A stretch of 64,000 nucleotides of DNA from Tetramitus jugosus (Eukaryota > Protista > Heterolobosea), in NCBI GenBank assembly GCA_937625935.1, contig OW569378.1:393454-457453 (forward strand), in the 5' to 3' direction. Made by a program: the position numbers and the translations under genes. Positions 41,433 to 51,282 of this stretch are shown in pieces. Numbering within the stretch: the first letter of the stretch is position 1; each line of letters opens with the position of its first letter. The notes below the pieces were generated by a model. That model was not told the origin of the DNA. It saw nothing but the letters and a program-made list of their open reading frames with translations, and did no database searches.

Positions 41433-43376
41433 ATGATGATAATGAACCCACATCAACAACAACAACAACAATCAGAAGTGAACCTAACCACTTCACACAC
41501 CAAACGTGTCACTCACAAAAACATTTTGGATCAAGTCGAAGATTGTCTCGCCAATTTTGATCGATCCGAACAACCCATTACACACCAGAATTGGAACGAT
41601 GTGCTGCGAAATTATCGAGTCGCTCTCACACAGTTAAACATCTTGTACGATTATGCTTCACCAAGAGATGATGACAATTTACCGAGAGCCATCTTCCCAG
41701 AGCACATTCCTGATCAATTTAGAGAAAATGTGGATGCTCTACCAAGATTACTCAGTGTGTTTACATTGGATTTGACAAGTAATACGGAGATGGGTGCTGG
41801 TGGTACTGGTGGTGGTAGTGGTGAAGATGCACACACGACGACAATGACAAATGGAGGAGGTGGTAGTGTAACGAATGATGTGATGCAATTGAGAAATGCA
41901 AAGGAATCGGTGGAGCAACACAATCAACGAATTAAACAATTGTTGGAGCTGTATCGGAAAGAGTTGATTGTGCAGGGTAAGGGTGCAAGTGATGTTGCTG
42001 GTGATAGGGAAGATGTAGAGTCGTCCACTCCCACGTCAACGACAAGCAGTAGTGGCAAAAAAACAAAAACCAAGAGAAAGCAGAGCAAGAAGGATAAGAA
42101 GAGGAAGGGTGAGTCAGTGTCTTCTCAGTTGGTGATTCGATCGAGAGAAAGTGTGGCTCATGATTCAAAAATTTCCAAACCAACAGGCAAACATGCTCAA
42201 TTGCTTGCTCTATGGGATGGAAAGGGAGTCAAGGCTGTTGTTTCCAAGAGAGCTTCTGCTGCCAAGTCGGCTAAACAAGCGACTGAAGAAGCATCTACAA
42301 CGGTCGATCCCAACTCGCGTGCATACTTTGTTGAGCACTTCCAAAAGAGCCAAAAGGCTGCTCCTGCTGCCTCCGAGGCTGGCTTACCTTCAATTCCTCC
42401 AACGAACGCTGCCCCTGCTTCAAATGCTGGTGTGAGCACTGCACATGGAGTGAAGAGTGAAGAGACTGCCAAGATACCTCCAACGTCTGGTGCAATCGAT
42501 CAAAAGGTACAACAGCGACTCAGAGTCAAGAAACAGGATGGTACTCCTGGGAAGTTGATGACAGAAAAGGGTTTGGGTTCATCTCCTGCTGCAACAGGTC
42601 AACTGACTGTGAACCGAGGAGTTGACATGAAAACAACGATCAAGGGTCAGAAGGCAATGCCTACTGGCACCCAGAGATCATCTTCTCCCACAGCACAGAT
42701 GCTCACGACCCAAGCAACGCCTCCTTCTCGTAACTTGACCTCTTCGCCTACTGCAATGAAGAGAGAGCCCACTGCAACTAATACCACTCCAAAGATACAA
42801 CAAGCATCACGAACAACACCTCCTCCTAGTAGTACTCCCACAGCTCGACCAACCATCAACAATGGTGTTCAGAGGTATGCTCCTTATGGACCACCGATTG
42901 GAGGTCAATCAGTTCCTCTCAACACACAACGGGTCATAAAACAACCTGGAGGCACACCCACAAACTTGGGTACTCATCCTAGCCAATTATTTAATCCTAC
43001 AGTTGACTTGACGAATCAAAGTCAGGCAGTGCCTGCCCCAAACACAGCAATGAATGCAACAGGTTCGGTGCCTAGACGACAAGCACCTGTGAGAGCAACA
43101 AATCCTCAAACTGTAATGCCTCAACAGATGCCTCCTATGGTGAATTATCCTGTAATGATGCCTAATCAACCACGCACAGCTGCAATGGGAAGAGGACTAC
43201 CAATGGGAATGCCTGCCGCTTACAACTTTGGAATGGTTCCGCAATATATGAGACCTTTCATGATGCCGAATCAAGCAATGCCAATGATGATGCCTGTCCC
43301 TCAACAACCACCCACTCAAACTCCACAGGCCAATCAACCAACACAAGCAAAACAACAAGCCGCAAAGAAAAAGTAA
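41433..43376 (+). CDS. MED8: Mediator subunit Med8-like protein with long P/Q/M-rich tail
   Basis: WNDVLRNYRVALTQLNIL...IFP...LPRLLS and ...VEQHNQRI resemble the Med8 N-terminal domain. Confidence 0.55.
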   Translation: MMIMNPHQQQQQQSEVNLTTSHTKRVTHKNILDQVEDCLANFDRSEQPITHQNWNDVLRNYRVALTQLNILYDYASPRDDDNLPRAIFPEHIPDQFRENVDALPRLLSVFTLDLTSNTEMGAGGTGGGSGEDAHTTTMTNGGGGSVTNDVMQLRNAKESVEQHNQRIKQLLELYRKELIVQGKGASDVAGDREDVESSTPTSTTSSSGKKTKTKRKQSKKDKKRKGESVSSQLVIRSRESVAHDSKISKPTGKHAQLLALWDGKGVKAVVSKRASAAKSAKQATEEASTTVDPNSRAYFVEHFQKSQKAAPAASEAGLPSIPPTNAAPASNAGVSTAHGVKSEETAKIPPTSGAIDQKVQQRLRVKKQDGTPGKLMTEKGLGSSPAATGQLTVNRGVDMKTTIKGQKAMPTGTQRSSSPTAQMLTTQATPPSRNLTSSPTAMKREPTATNTTPKIQQASRTTPPPSSTPTARPTINNGVQRYAPYGPPIGGQSVPLNTQRVIKQPGGTPTNLGTHPSQLFNPTVDLTNQSQAVPAPNTAMNATGSVPRRQAPVRATNPQTVMPQQMPPMVNYPVMMPNQPRTAAMGRGLPMGMPAAYNFGMVPQYMRPFMMPNQAMPMMMPVPQQPPTQTPQANQPTQAKQQAAKKK

Positions 43377-43432
43377 GCTGTGCAAAGTAAAGCAATTGTG
43401 TAATGTATATTGTAACTCAAACTACTGTATCT

Positions 43433-45673
43433 TTACTCTTGGCGATGCCTCTTTGTTGCATGTTCATCATCAAAGTAAGCTTCATTGTCACCAGACAACA
43501 AACGCTTCCGTTTGGAACTGTTGTCTTCTGTTTCAGCAGCTCTTTGCTGAATTCTTACGTTGAGACACAAATAATACTCAAGAACACGTAACATCTGAGT
43601 GCCAGAACACTTGTCTTCTTGACCTTTAGCGTCAACGATTTTCCATTTGCCCATATGAGAAACAAATACACATCGAGCAAAAGCTACGCCTTCTCTGCTC
43701 AATATTTGGAGCATATCTGATTCGATATGATCATTTCCAAATAGACAATCCTCAAAGTTGTAATAGTAGAGCCACTGAGTAATAGGATGTGGATTATTTT
43801 CCCGATATACTTGAACAGAGAAACTGAGCTTCACATCCTCGGTTTTTTCATGGTGATATTGAACTTTGAAGTGTGCAAAGCCATCACAGGCAGACAACTC
43901 TCGCTCAAAAGCCAGTTGATTTTGTTCGTCTTCGATGAGTTTTCTTGAACGTTCGTCAGCACCGTTCGTTGTCGTCACGCCCAAATATAATCTCAAATCG
44001 TCCTCTGTAATATTCTCAATTACATTCTCGAGAGTATTAGCAATCACTTTAAATCCGTTTGCGTGGTTCTTATCATCACGAATCAGATCCAATTTCCACA
44101 TTGCAGGTTCATACGCAAGATAACTAGGTGATTGGTAGTCGGCATCCGGATCGAATATATGATCATTAGGATGAGGTACTTCGAATGAACATTCAACAAT
44201 ACGTCCTGTGCCCGGTTTTGACCTGCGCAGTTCATCCAAAATTTTTGCATCGGTCGAAGGAGATACCTTCATTGTACGATAGAGAATTGCATTGTGGCGT
44301 GACCAATAATAAAAGTGAAAGTATTCTGCTTGATCATCCAGTTGATCAGGTGTTGGTCCTTGTGGAACCACCAAAAAATCAGAGGTAAGCTTATCAGGCC
44401 ATTTCCATTTCAGTAAGTACCCGCTGCTACCTGGCGCAAATGTGTACAAGTCTGGACTGTTGGGAGTAAACACCAATCCATCGTTGAGATTATAGTTTTT
44501 GTAGAGGTATTTGTTTGGCTCTGTTGGAGACTCTGTGATGAAGCTTCGTACCTTTTCAAACTCGTGCTTCTTATAAAAGTGTTTTGGTAGGACGAGCAAT
44601 GACACTGGTTGATTCTCCTTCCGCAACAATTGACTATTATAAAAGTGATGTGGTTCGGATATGCATGAAATGATGGCATTCTTCCGTTCTAGCATGGTCG
44701 TTGCACACAAATTGACAGTTTCTCCACTTTCATTTGTGCAGCAAATGGCATCATACACTGTATAGTTGTTGCATTTGTTCACAAGATTAAAAATAATCTC
44801 TCCGTCCAGAATCACAGTTTTTTGATGTTCGATGGGTGGTAGAGGCTTTTGATTCTTGATTGCATTGACTGCCGCAGTCTTAAAATTCGGTGTAACAAAC
44901 ACAAACTGTTCGGTGCACAGGAAAAATTCAACCTTTCTGTCAAACAAGTACGAGAATTGCCAACCCAGGTCTCTCTGTACTCTAAACTTTTTTTTCGTGC
45001 TCTTGTCCTCCAGGATCAACTCATTGACAAAGAAGCGATAATCCTTGTGTTCGACTCGAATGTCCATTGATGGTTGATGATTGATCAATGCTTGCTGATA
45101 ATTGTACTCTAGTCTCAGATTGTCAAACAAGGTCAAGCACACAAATGATCTTCTGCCTTCGACTGGCCATTTGGACCATCTTGGAAAATCAGGGATATGA
45201 TGACTGAATAACATGGCTCTTACACCATCCGATTTTTCAGTAATCCAATATTCATTCTCCTGTATCATACATCAAATTTGTTTCAGCACATGCTGCTGCT
45301 TGTTTCGCTCCGAGAGACAACACAACAAAAAAATCATGTGAAAAAATAAAGAAAAAGTACTTACGCTCAAAAAGGGTAAATGTCTTCTACACAATTGAGT
45401 GGCCATAGGACCAGGAAACACGTCCAATGGTGTCTTTTTGGCAGTCGTATTGTGACCGAGTACCCAACTCTGAACCATTTCTCTCATGATATAGTCAATA
45501 GAGTGTATTCCTGTGCCATTCTCTGGAGCTACACTTCCATTCTTATACATTTGATCGAGAGCAATCAAGCTATAAGCATAATTCTTCTCTTCACCAAACA
45601 AGCAATTGATCCAATCACGGTTGATTCGCAAAAACCAACCATATTTTGCATATTTCTTGGCTAAATCTTCCAT
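43433..45673 (-). CDS. mRNA capping guanylyltransferase (no triphosphatase domain), two exons
   Basis: FPGPM, ITEKSDGVR (motif I), LDGEI, YDAI, DGLVFTP, LLKWK, IVEC, IRDDKNHAN. Intron 45364-45260 (GTAAGT...ACAG). Confidence 0.9.
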
Positions 45674-46242
45674 TCAAAGAATATGATGACGTTTTTGTGT
45701 ATGTAGGGTTGTTGTTGTCGCGCGAGTTGGAGAGAAACGGAAGAAGAAGAAGAAGTAGTGGTTGGTGAAGAGAGAGGATGGATTCGTGCACCTATAATCA
45801 CAACACACGACAACGTACTCGTTTTTTTTGATGATTGTTTTGCTCGAATTTCGGAAAATTAACCGGAGAGAAATCAGAAAAACATGTTTCTTTATGGATA
45901 CAAAACACGAGATAGATGGCGTAATGAATGGGACACTGACACAAAACACGATCCATCAACTTGCTGTTGTGTTTCAATCAAGTAAGATGAGTCGAAAATT
46001 GTCATGATGACTTGAGCTTTTTTGGTCCGTTTCATCAAAGTTTACAGTTCGACTGTCTGTTATCCGCTGGCGCAATTCCGAAAAAAGAACACGATTTACC
46101 CTTTGATCTGCGCAGAAACTACATTCACTCTCTTCTGTTGAGAAGATCTCCAAAATACCAAGCTACAAAACACCACACACAAAGCAAATCAACAACAGTA
46201 TAACATTATTGTAACATAAAACATCAGAAGTAGCTACTAACA

Positions 46243-46944
46243 ATGACCGCTGAAAAGAAGAAAGTATTGATGGTTCTCACCAATGTGGATCACATGGGTG
46301 ACACTGGTAAACAAACTGGTTGGTACTTGCCTGAAGTAGCTCATCCTTATGAAGTGTTTGAAAAGAATGGGTATCATGTTGATTTTTTAACTCCTCTGGG
46401 TGGATTTGCTCCAGTGGATGAAAACAGCGTAAAGGATTGGTCAAAAGATGAAGTTTGCACTCGCTTCTTCAATGATGACAAAATTAAGGAGAGATTGAAG
46501 AATACATTGAGACCAGAAGATGTAAAGCTCGCTGATTATGGCGTCATTTTCTATGCGGGAGGTCACGGCCCTCTCTGGGATATCCCAGATAATCAACAAA
46601 TCGCCAAGTTGGCCTCTGATCTCTATCAGAATCAGAATGGAATTGTATCTGCAGTGTGTCATGGCCCTGGTGGTATCTTGAACATCAAGCTCGGTAACGG
46701 AGATTACTTGGTCAAGGGAAAGAAGGTTACAGGCTTCTCGAATGAAGAAGAAAAAATTGTCCAACTGCAGGACGTTGTTCCATTCTTGCTCGAAGACGAA
46801 CTCAAGAACAGAGGTGCACAATATGAGAAAGCAAGTGAGGCCTGGGGTGCTCATGTCACTGTTTGTGGTCGCCTCGCCACAGGACAAAATCCAAACTCTG
46901 CTACGCCACTCGCAGAAGCAATTGTCAAACTATTGCAGGGGTAG
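46243..46944 (+). CDS. DJ-1/PfpI (type 1 glutamine amidotransferase-like, Hsp31/glyoxalase III-type) protein
   Basis: TGWYLPEVAHPY, GGHGPLWD, AVCHGP nucleophile elbow, TGFSNEEE, TGQNPNSA. Confidence 0.93.
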   Translation: MTAEKKKVLMVLTNVDHMGDTGKQTGWYLPEVAHPYEVFEKNGYHVDFLTPLGGFAPVDENSVKDWSKDEVCTRFFNDDKIKERLKNTLRPEDVKLADYGVIFYAGGHGPLWDIPDNQQIAKLASDLYQNQNGIVSAVCHGPGGILNIKLGNGDYLVKGKKVTGFSNEEEKIVQLQDVVPFLLEDELKNRGAQYEKASEAWGAHVTVCGRLATGQNPNSATPLAEAIVKLLQG

Positions 46945-47179
46945 AAATAAACACAAATTAATGTTGCTTCTAATCACTGGTAAAAGCACTCACTTGAGTT
47001 TGTGAACTAACAGTCAATATGAGAACACTGTTCAAAAAGTGCTATCCACAGGCGAGAATGCCCCATTGAACGAGCTTAAAAGGAAGAAGAGGAATACAAT
47101 ATGGAAAACATGAGGAGATCCAACACCATTTTCGATTGGGCAACTCCAAGCTTTCTAATTCAAACAAAAAAACAAAACT

Positions 47180-47734
47180 ATGCGTCACGATGAAAGCACA
47201 TTACTCGCCATCATATTGGCCCAGGAGTGCAATACTACCCCAACAGAAGAGGAAATCAGAGCTATGAGGTATAATGAGACATTGGGTGAAGATGATTTTG
47301 ACTTTAGTGACCTTAATGCAGAAGAAGATGAACAGATCCAATCACAAATTGCTCCGCGCTATTTGGACAAGATTAATCGACTTAGAAATCGGTTAAAGGA
47401 AGAACAGGAAACTCCAACACCGTTGAGTCTGTCCACTCCATCTGATTCTGATATGCAACAGAATTCTATCAAACTCCATCAGGCATGTGTTTAGGGCTAT
47501 TCTTGGTTGACACAAAAAACCATGGTCAAATGACTGATCCTCTGGTTGATCCTGCAACGCTTTTTGATGCTGAGAAAGAAACAAAACAACGGAAAATGGA
47601 GCAAGGATCCAGTTGCGTTTACGTCTCCTGATGCTTGCTGGCTTTTTTTCCTCAGTGATACGTCTGAAACTAGGAAATACACCCAGCAATTAGAAGAGTT
47701 CTCTCCAAACGAACACCTAACTTTCGATAAATGA
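47180..47734 (+). pseudogene. Decayed ORF, possibly the N-terminal HTH part of a Harbinger/ISL2EU-type transposase
   Basis: Frameshifted FRAILG/LTQKTMVK and LRLRLLML segments resemble the HTH region of DDE_Tnp_4 elements; stops present; no DDE core seen. Confidence 0.25.
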
Positions 47735-47837
47735 ATTTGACAGACAAATTAATTTTCCAGGAATCAATTTCTTTTAGAACTAAGCGATTAAGAATACAAA
47801 CCTAATACTCCCTATCCGCTTAAGAATCACCTCGATA

Positions 47838-48570
47838 TCATATTTTGCCATTTTCTTTAGTTTGGTATTGTTGCAGCTGTTCAAAGTATGTGATCCGAGT
47901 ATATTCACTCAGATTCTTCTTGAACTCCTCAGAGAGAACTGGGACTTGTCTCTTGAGATCCACAGTGTCAAAATTAGTTTGCATTTCATTTTCCGTCATT
48001 TTACTCGACATTGTGGGAAGAGACTCCCCAATTGATCCCTGAATATTGGGATTAGACCTCCAAGCAGAAAGAGCTTCCTGGAATGAATTCTTAGCTTCCT
48101 TTTCGTCATACACTCCCCATAGAGCTCCTCCACTGTCAGGCTGTTCCTGTTCGTTGTTTCTGAGAATGATACTTTCTTTGTTTTCTGGCGTTTGGATCAT
48201 TCTTTCATTGTTGTACTTTCCACTTGAAGGTATCAACTCTTCATAAACAGAGTTTTCTATCCTTTTCGAAGTGTAAACTGCTTTAGAATTCGAAGCCAAT
48301 GTTTCTTTCTGAGAAGATAAAAGGATTTCTTTTGTTTTCCAAGCTGTTTTAGCACTCCTCCAAATTCCCTGTCTTTGCAAGAAATCGTTCAGTTTTGTTG
48401 TTCAAAAAAAGAAAACGATCATACTTCATACTTCTTCGATCTTCTTGATCCTTTGCCAGATCTTGCCGCAGACGAAGAAGTTTTTCCTCCATTTGCTTTG
48501 CTTCCAGAGCTAGTTGCTCAGAGGCTGAAAGCTCTTTCCCTGGGAGTCTGACACTTTTTGTTGTTCTCAT
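47838..48570 (-). CDS. ZBBX-like protein lacking a B-box, two exons
   Basis: LEAKQMEEKL..LR....K....R.....WRS, YDEKEAKNSFQEALSAWR and ITYFEQL motifs. Intron 48424-48373 (GTATGA...AAAG) is in frame. Confidence 0.6.
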
Positions 48571-48893
48571 GAGGTTCTTTGTTTTGATCAGAATAGCCGT
48601 AGATAGGGGCGGGAAAATTGGACAAAAAATTTCAACACCTTCACATGAAAAAAAACATGTTTGTGACAACCTGCATTTGTAGCTATAAAGTACGTCAGGT
48701 ACAAATTTGTGGTACCCATGTCACCTATTAGAATATTTACAACACGATTGAAGGAATCGGACACATTTTCCTTGATGACGTCATCATGAGATGAGGGATG
48801 CGCATAAAAGAAAGGATCTCCTTCACCCACAAGCTTCCAACAAAAACAAACACAAACGTTAGTAAACACCATCTCATACCCTTTACACACCAA

Positions 48894-51155
48894 ATGGAGA
48901 GTCTTATTAGTGAAAAACCAGTCCCTTTTATTGAACAATACACCGATGAACATGGTGCTGAAAAATGGCGTGTAGCCGATGAAGCGATTGAACTCCTTGA
49001 GGGAATAGAGGATGAAGTATCAGTAGTCGGCATCATAGGAAAATACCGAACAGGTAAATCTTTTGTGATGAATAGACTGTTGGAGGTTGAGAAGGGAGGA
49101 TTTGACTTGGGTCACACCACCAAAGGTAAAACTCGTGGAATCTGGCTTTGGGGTAAAAAGATGGAAGATTCAACAATGCTCACCCTGGATACTGAAGGAT
49201 TGTATGACATTGAGAATGATCAAAACAGAGATTTGCATTTATTTTGTCTTTCCATTTTGTTAACGACTGTCCTCGTGATTAACTTTCAAGGAGCTTTGGA
49301 TCAGAGTATTCTCGAAAAATTGGGATTTGTGACAAAATTGACGGACCTTCTTTATTCAGAAGAAGATGGGGAAGATTTCAATACTTATTTTCCCAATCTT
49401 ATCTTTCTCGCAAGAGATTTCGCACTGCAGATTGAAGGTGGAGACGAGCAAGGTTATCTCGAGACAGCTTTGAAAAACTCTAAAGGAAAAACACGACAGA
49501 CCATCGACCAGAACAATGTGAAACAAATGATCAAAGACATATTCCCGAAGATGATTCTAAGAACATTAATAATGCCAGTTGACGACCCTGCTAAAAATTT
49601 GTCGAAGATGATGGACGAACCTCACCTCATTAAGCAAGAGTTTATTGATAAGGTTGATGTTGTGATTCAAGATATTCAAGGACTAAACAATGTCAAAAGA
49701 GTCCAAGATGTGGTATTAACAGGAAGAAGTTACGTGCAAGCTGCTAGTGCTTTTGTTCATGCTATTAATAACGAACAAATGCTGTCCATTCCAGATGCTT
49801 TTGAAAATGTATGTACTGTGGAGAAGAAGAAGGCTATTGATTTTGGAATCACTCAATATAATTCAAGTTGGACAGAAGTGAGAGAGAAATTTCCGATTTC
49901 AGTTGAACAATTTGAGAAGCATCATGAGGAATCAAAAACCACAGTTTTGGATCAGTCATTGCAATACGTAAAGCGTATTCCAAATATTCACGAGTCAATC
50001 CAACAATCATTGTGTGAATATATCCTTGGAAAGGGAGCCGAGAAAGGATTTTATCATCAATTAGAGCAGGAGAACAACGAGAAATCGATTGAATTTTGTT
50101 CCCAGAAGGCTCAAGAGTTGTATAAGGAGTTCCAATCCAAAATCTCAGACTACAAGGGGAAAGATGCATCTGAGGAAGCGCATTCAGATTTTAAAAAGAT
50201 TCATGACGCTTATGAACAAGTTGCCATCGGGATAGGTAAGGAGAAGGCTTGGGACAACATAGAAAAAGAGTATGAGAAGGATTTGAGTCTTCATTTGGAA
50301 CGCCTTAAGACTCAGGAGAAGGAGGCAGCACTTCAACTAGAAAAGGAAAGAGCAGCAGAAGAAAAGAAGCAAGCAGAATTGAAAATGGAAGAGATGAGAG
50401 CAATGCAGAGACAAAATGAGGAGAAGTTGAAGCGACAAGAGGAAGAACAGATCAGACAGAAAGAAGAACAGGTCAAACAGAAAGAAGAATGGATCAGAGA
50501 GAAAGAAACATGGGCCAGACAGCAGGAAGAGCAGGTCAGACAAGAGTATAGAAACAAACTTATGGAAATGGCAAAACAGACCAATGTGAAGCAAGAGCCA
50601 AAAAGAAAACCAGACCAAAGTGATAATAGTGACTACGAGGATGATGATAATAGTGAAGCTGAGTGGGCATCAAGTTACTCACAATCCTCGCAAAGAAAGC
50701 TCGAAGAACAAAGCCAGTTGCAAGCTCAAAGACAGATGCAAGAGCATCAAAGAGAATACCAAAGGAGACTTGAAGCACAGAGAAGAGAAGCACAAGAGGA
50801 GAGCGAGCGCAGAGAGAATCAAAGAAGACTTCAAGAACAACAGAGACAACAACAATTAAGAGAGACCCAACAAAGAGAAAACCAGAGGAGATTAGAAGAG
50901 GAAGCGGAAGATGACGACCGTAGATTCTACAAGGGTGGACAATTCATTCCAGGAGGTGGAAGAGCACCTAAAGGGGGGCTTTTCGTTTCCTCTTATGGAT
51001 CAGTGAGCCAACCACAACGTCAATCCAGCAGTGGAGGATGTACATGCACTGAAAAGTTTTTCAAAGGAGGTCAATTTATTCCTGGAGGTGGAAGAGCACC
51101 CAAAGGAGGCGTTACCAGAAGCGTTCCCGGTCCTGGAGGCTGTCCTTATCATTAA
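48894..51155 (+). CDS. Guanylate-binding protein (GBP/atlastin clan) with coiled coil and duplicated Gly-rich C-terminal motif
   Basis: IIGKYRTGKSFVMNRL, GHTTKGKTRGIWLW, LDTEGL, FPNLIFLARDF. Confidence 0.92.
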   Translation: MESLISEKPVPFIEQYTDEHGAEKWRVADEAIELLEGIEDEVSVVGIIGKYRTGKSFVMNRLLEVEKGGFDLGHTTKGKTRGIWLWGKKMEDSTMLTLDTEGLYDIENDQNRDLHLFCLSILLTTVLVINFQGALDQSILEKLGFVTKLTDLLYSEEDGEDFNTYFPNLIFLARDFALQIEGGDEQGYLETALKNSKGKTRQTIDQNNVKQMIKDIFPKMILRTLIMPVDDPAKNLSKMMDEPHLIKQEFIDKVDVVIQDIQGLNNVKRVQDVVLTGRSYVQAASAFVHAINNEQMLSIPDAFENVCTVEKKKAIDFGITQYNSSWTEVREKFPISVEQFEKHHEESKTTVLDQSLQYVKRIPNIHESIQQSLCEYILGKGAEKGFYHQLEQENNEKSIEFCSQKAQELYKEFQSKISDYKGKDASEEAHSDFKKIHDAYEQVAIGIGKEKAWDNIEKEYEKDLSLHLERLKTQEKEAALQLEKERAAEEKKQAELKMEEMRAMQRQNEEKLKRQEEEQIRQKEEQVKQKEEWIREKETWARQQEEQVRQEYRNKLMEMAKQTNVKQEPKRKPDQSDNSDYEDDDNSEAEWASSYSQSSQRKLEEQSQLQAQRQMQEHQREYQRRLEAQRREAQEESERRENQRRLQEQQRQQQLRETQQRENQRRLEEEAEDDDRRFYKGGQFIPGGGRAPKGGLFVSSYGSVSQPQRQSSSGGCTCTEKFFKGGQFIPGGGRAPKGGVTRSVPGPGGCPYH

Positions 51156-51282
51156 TACAATGCATACTTTATTAATATCAACCGAAAGGATGCAAGAAGA
51201 ATAAAACTGTGAGTTACAAACTCATCTTTTTTATTTGAGTGAACATTTAGACGAGTCTACATATGGCTTTCCAATTCAGCTG

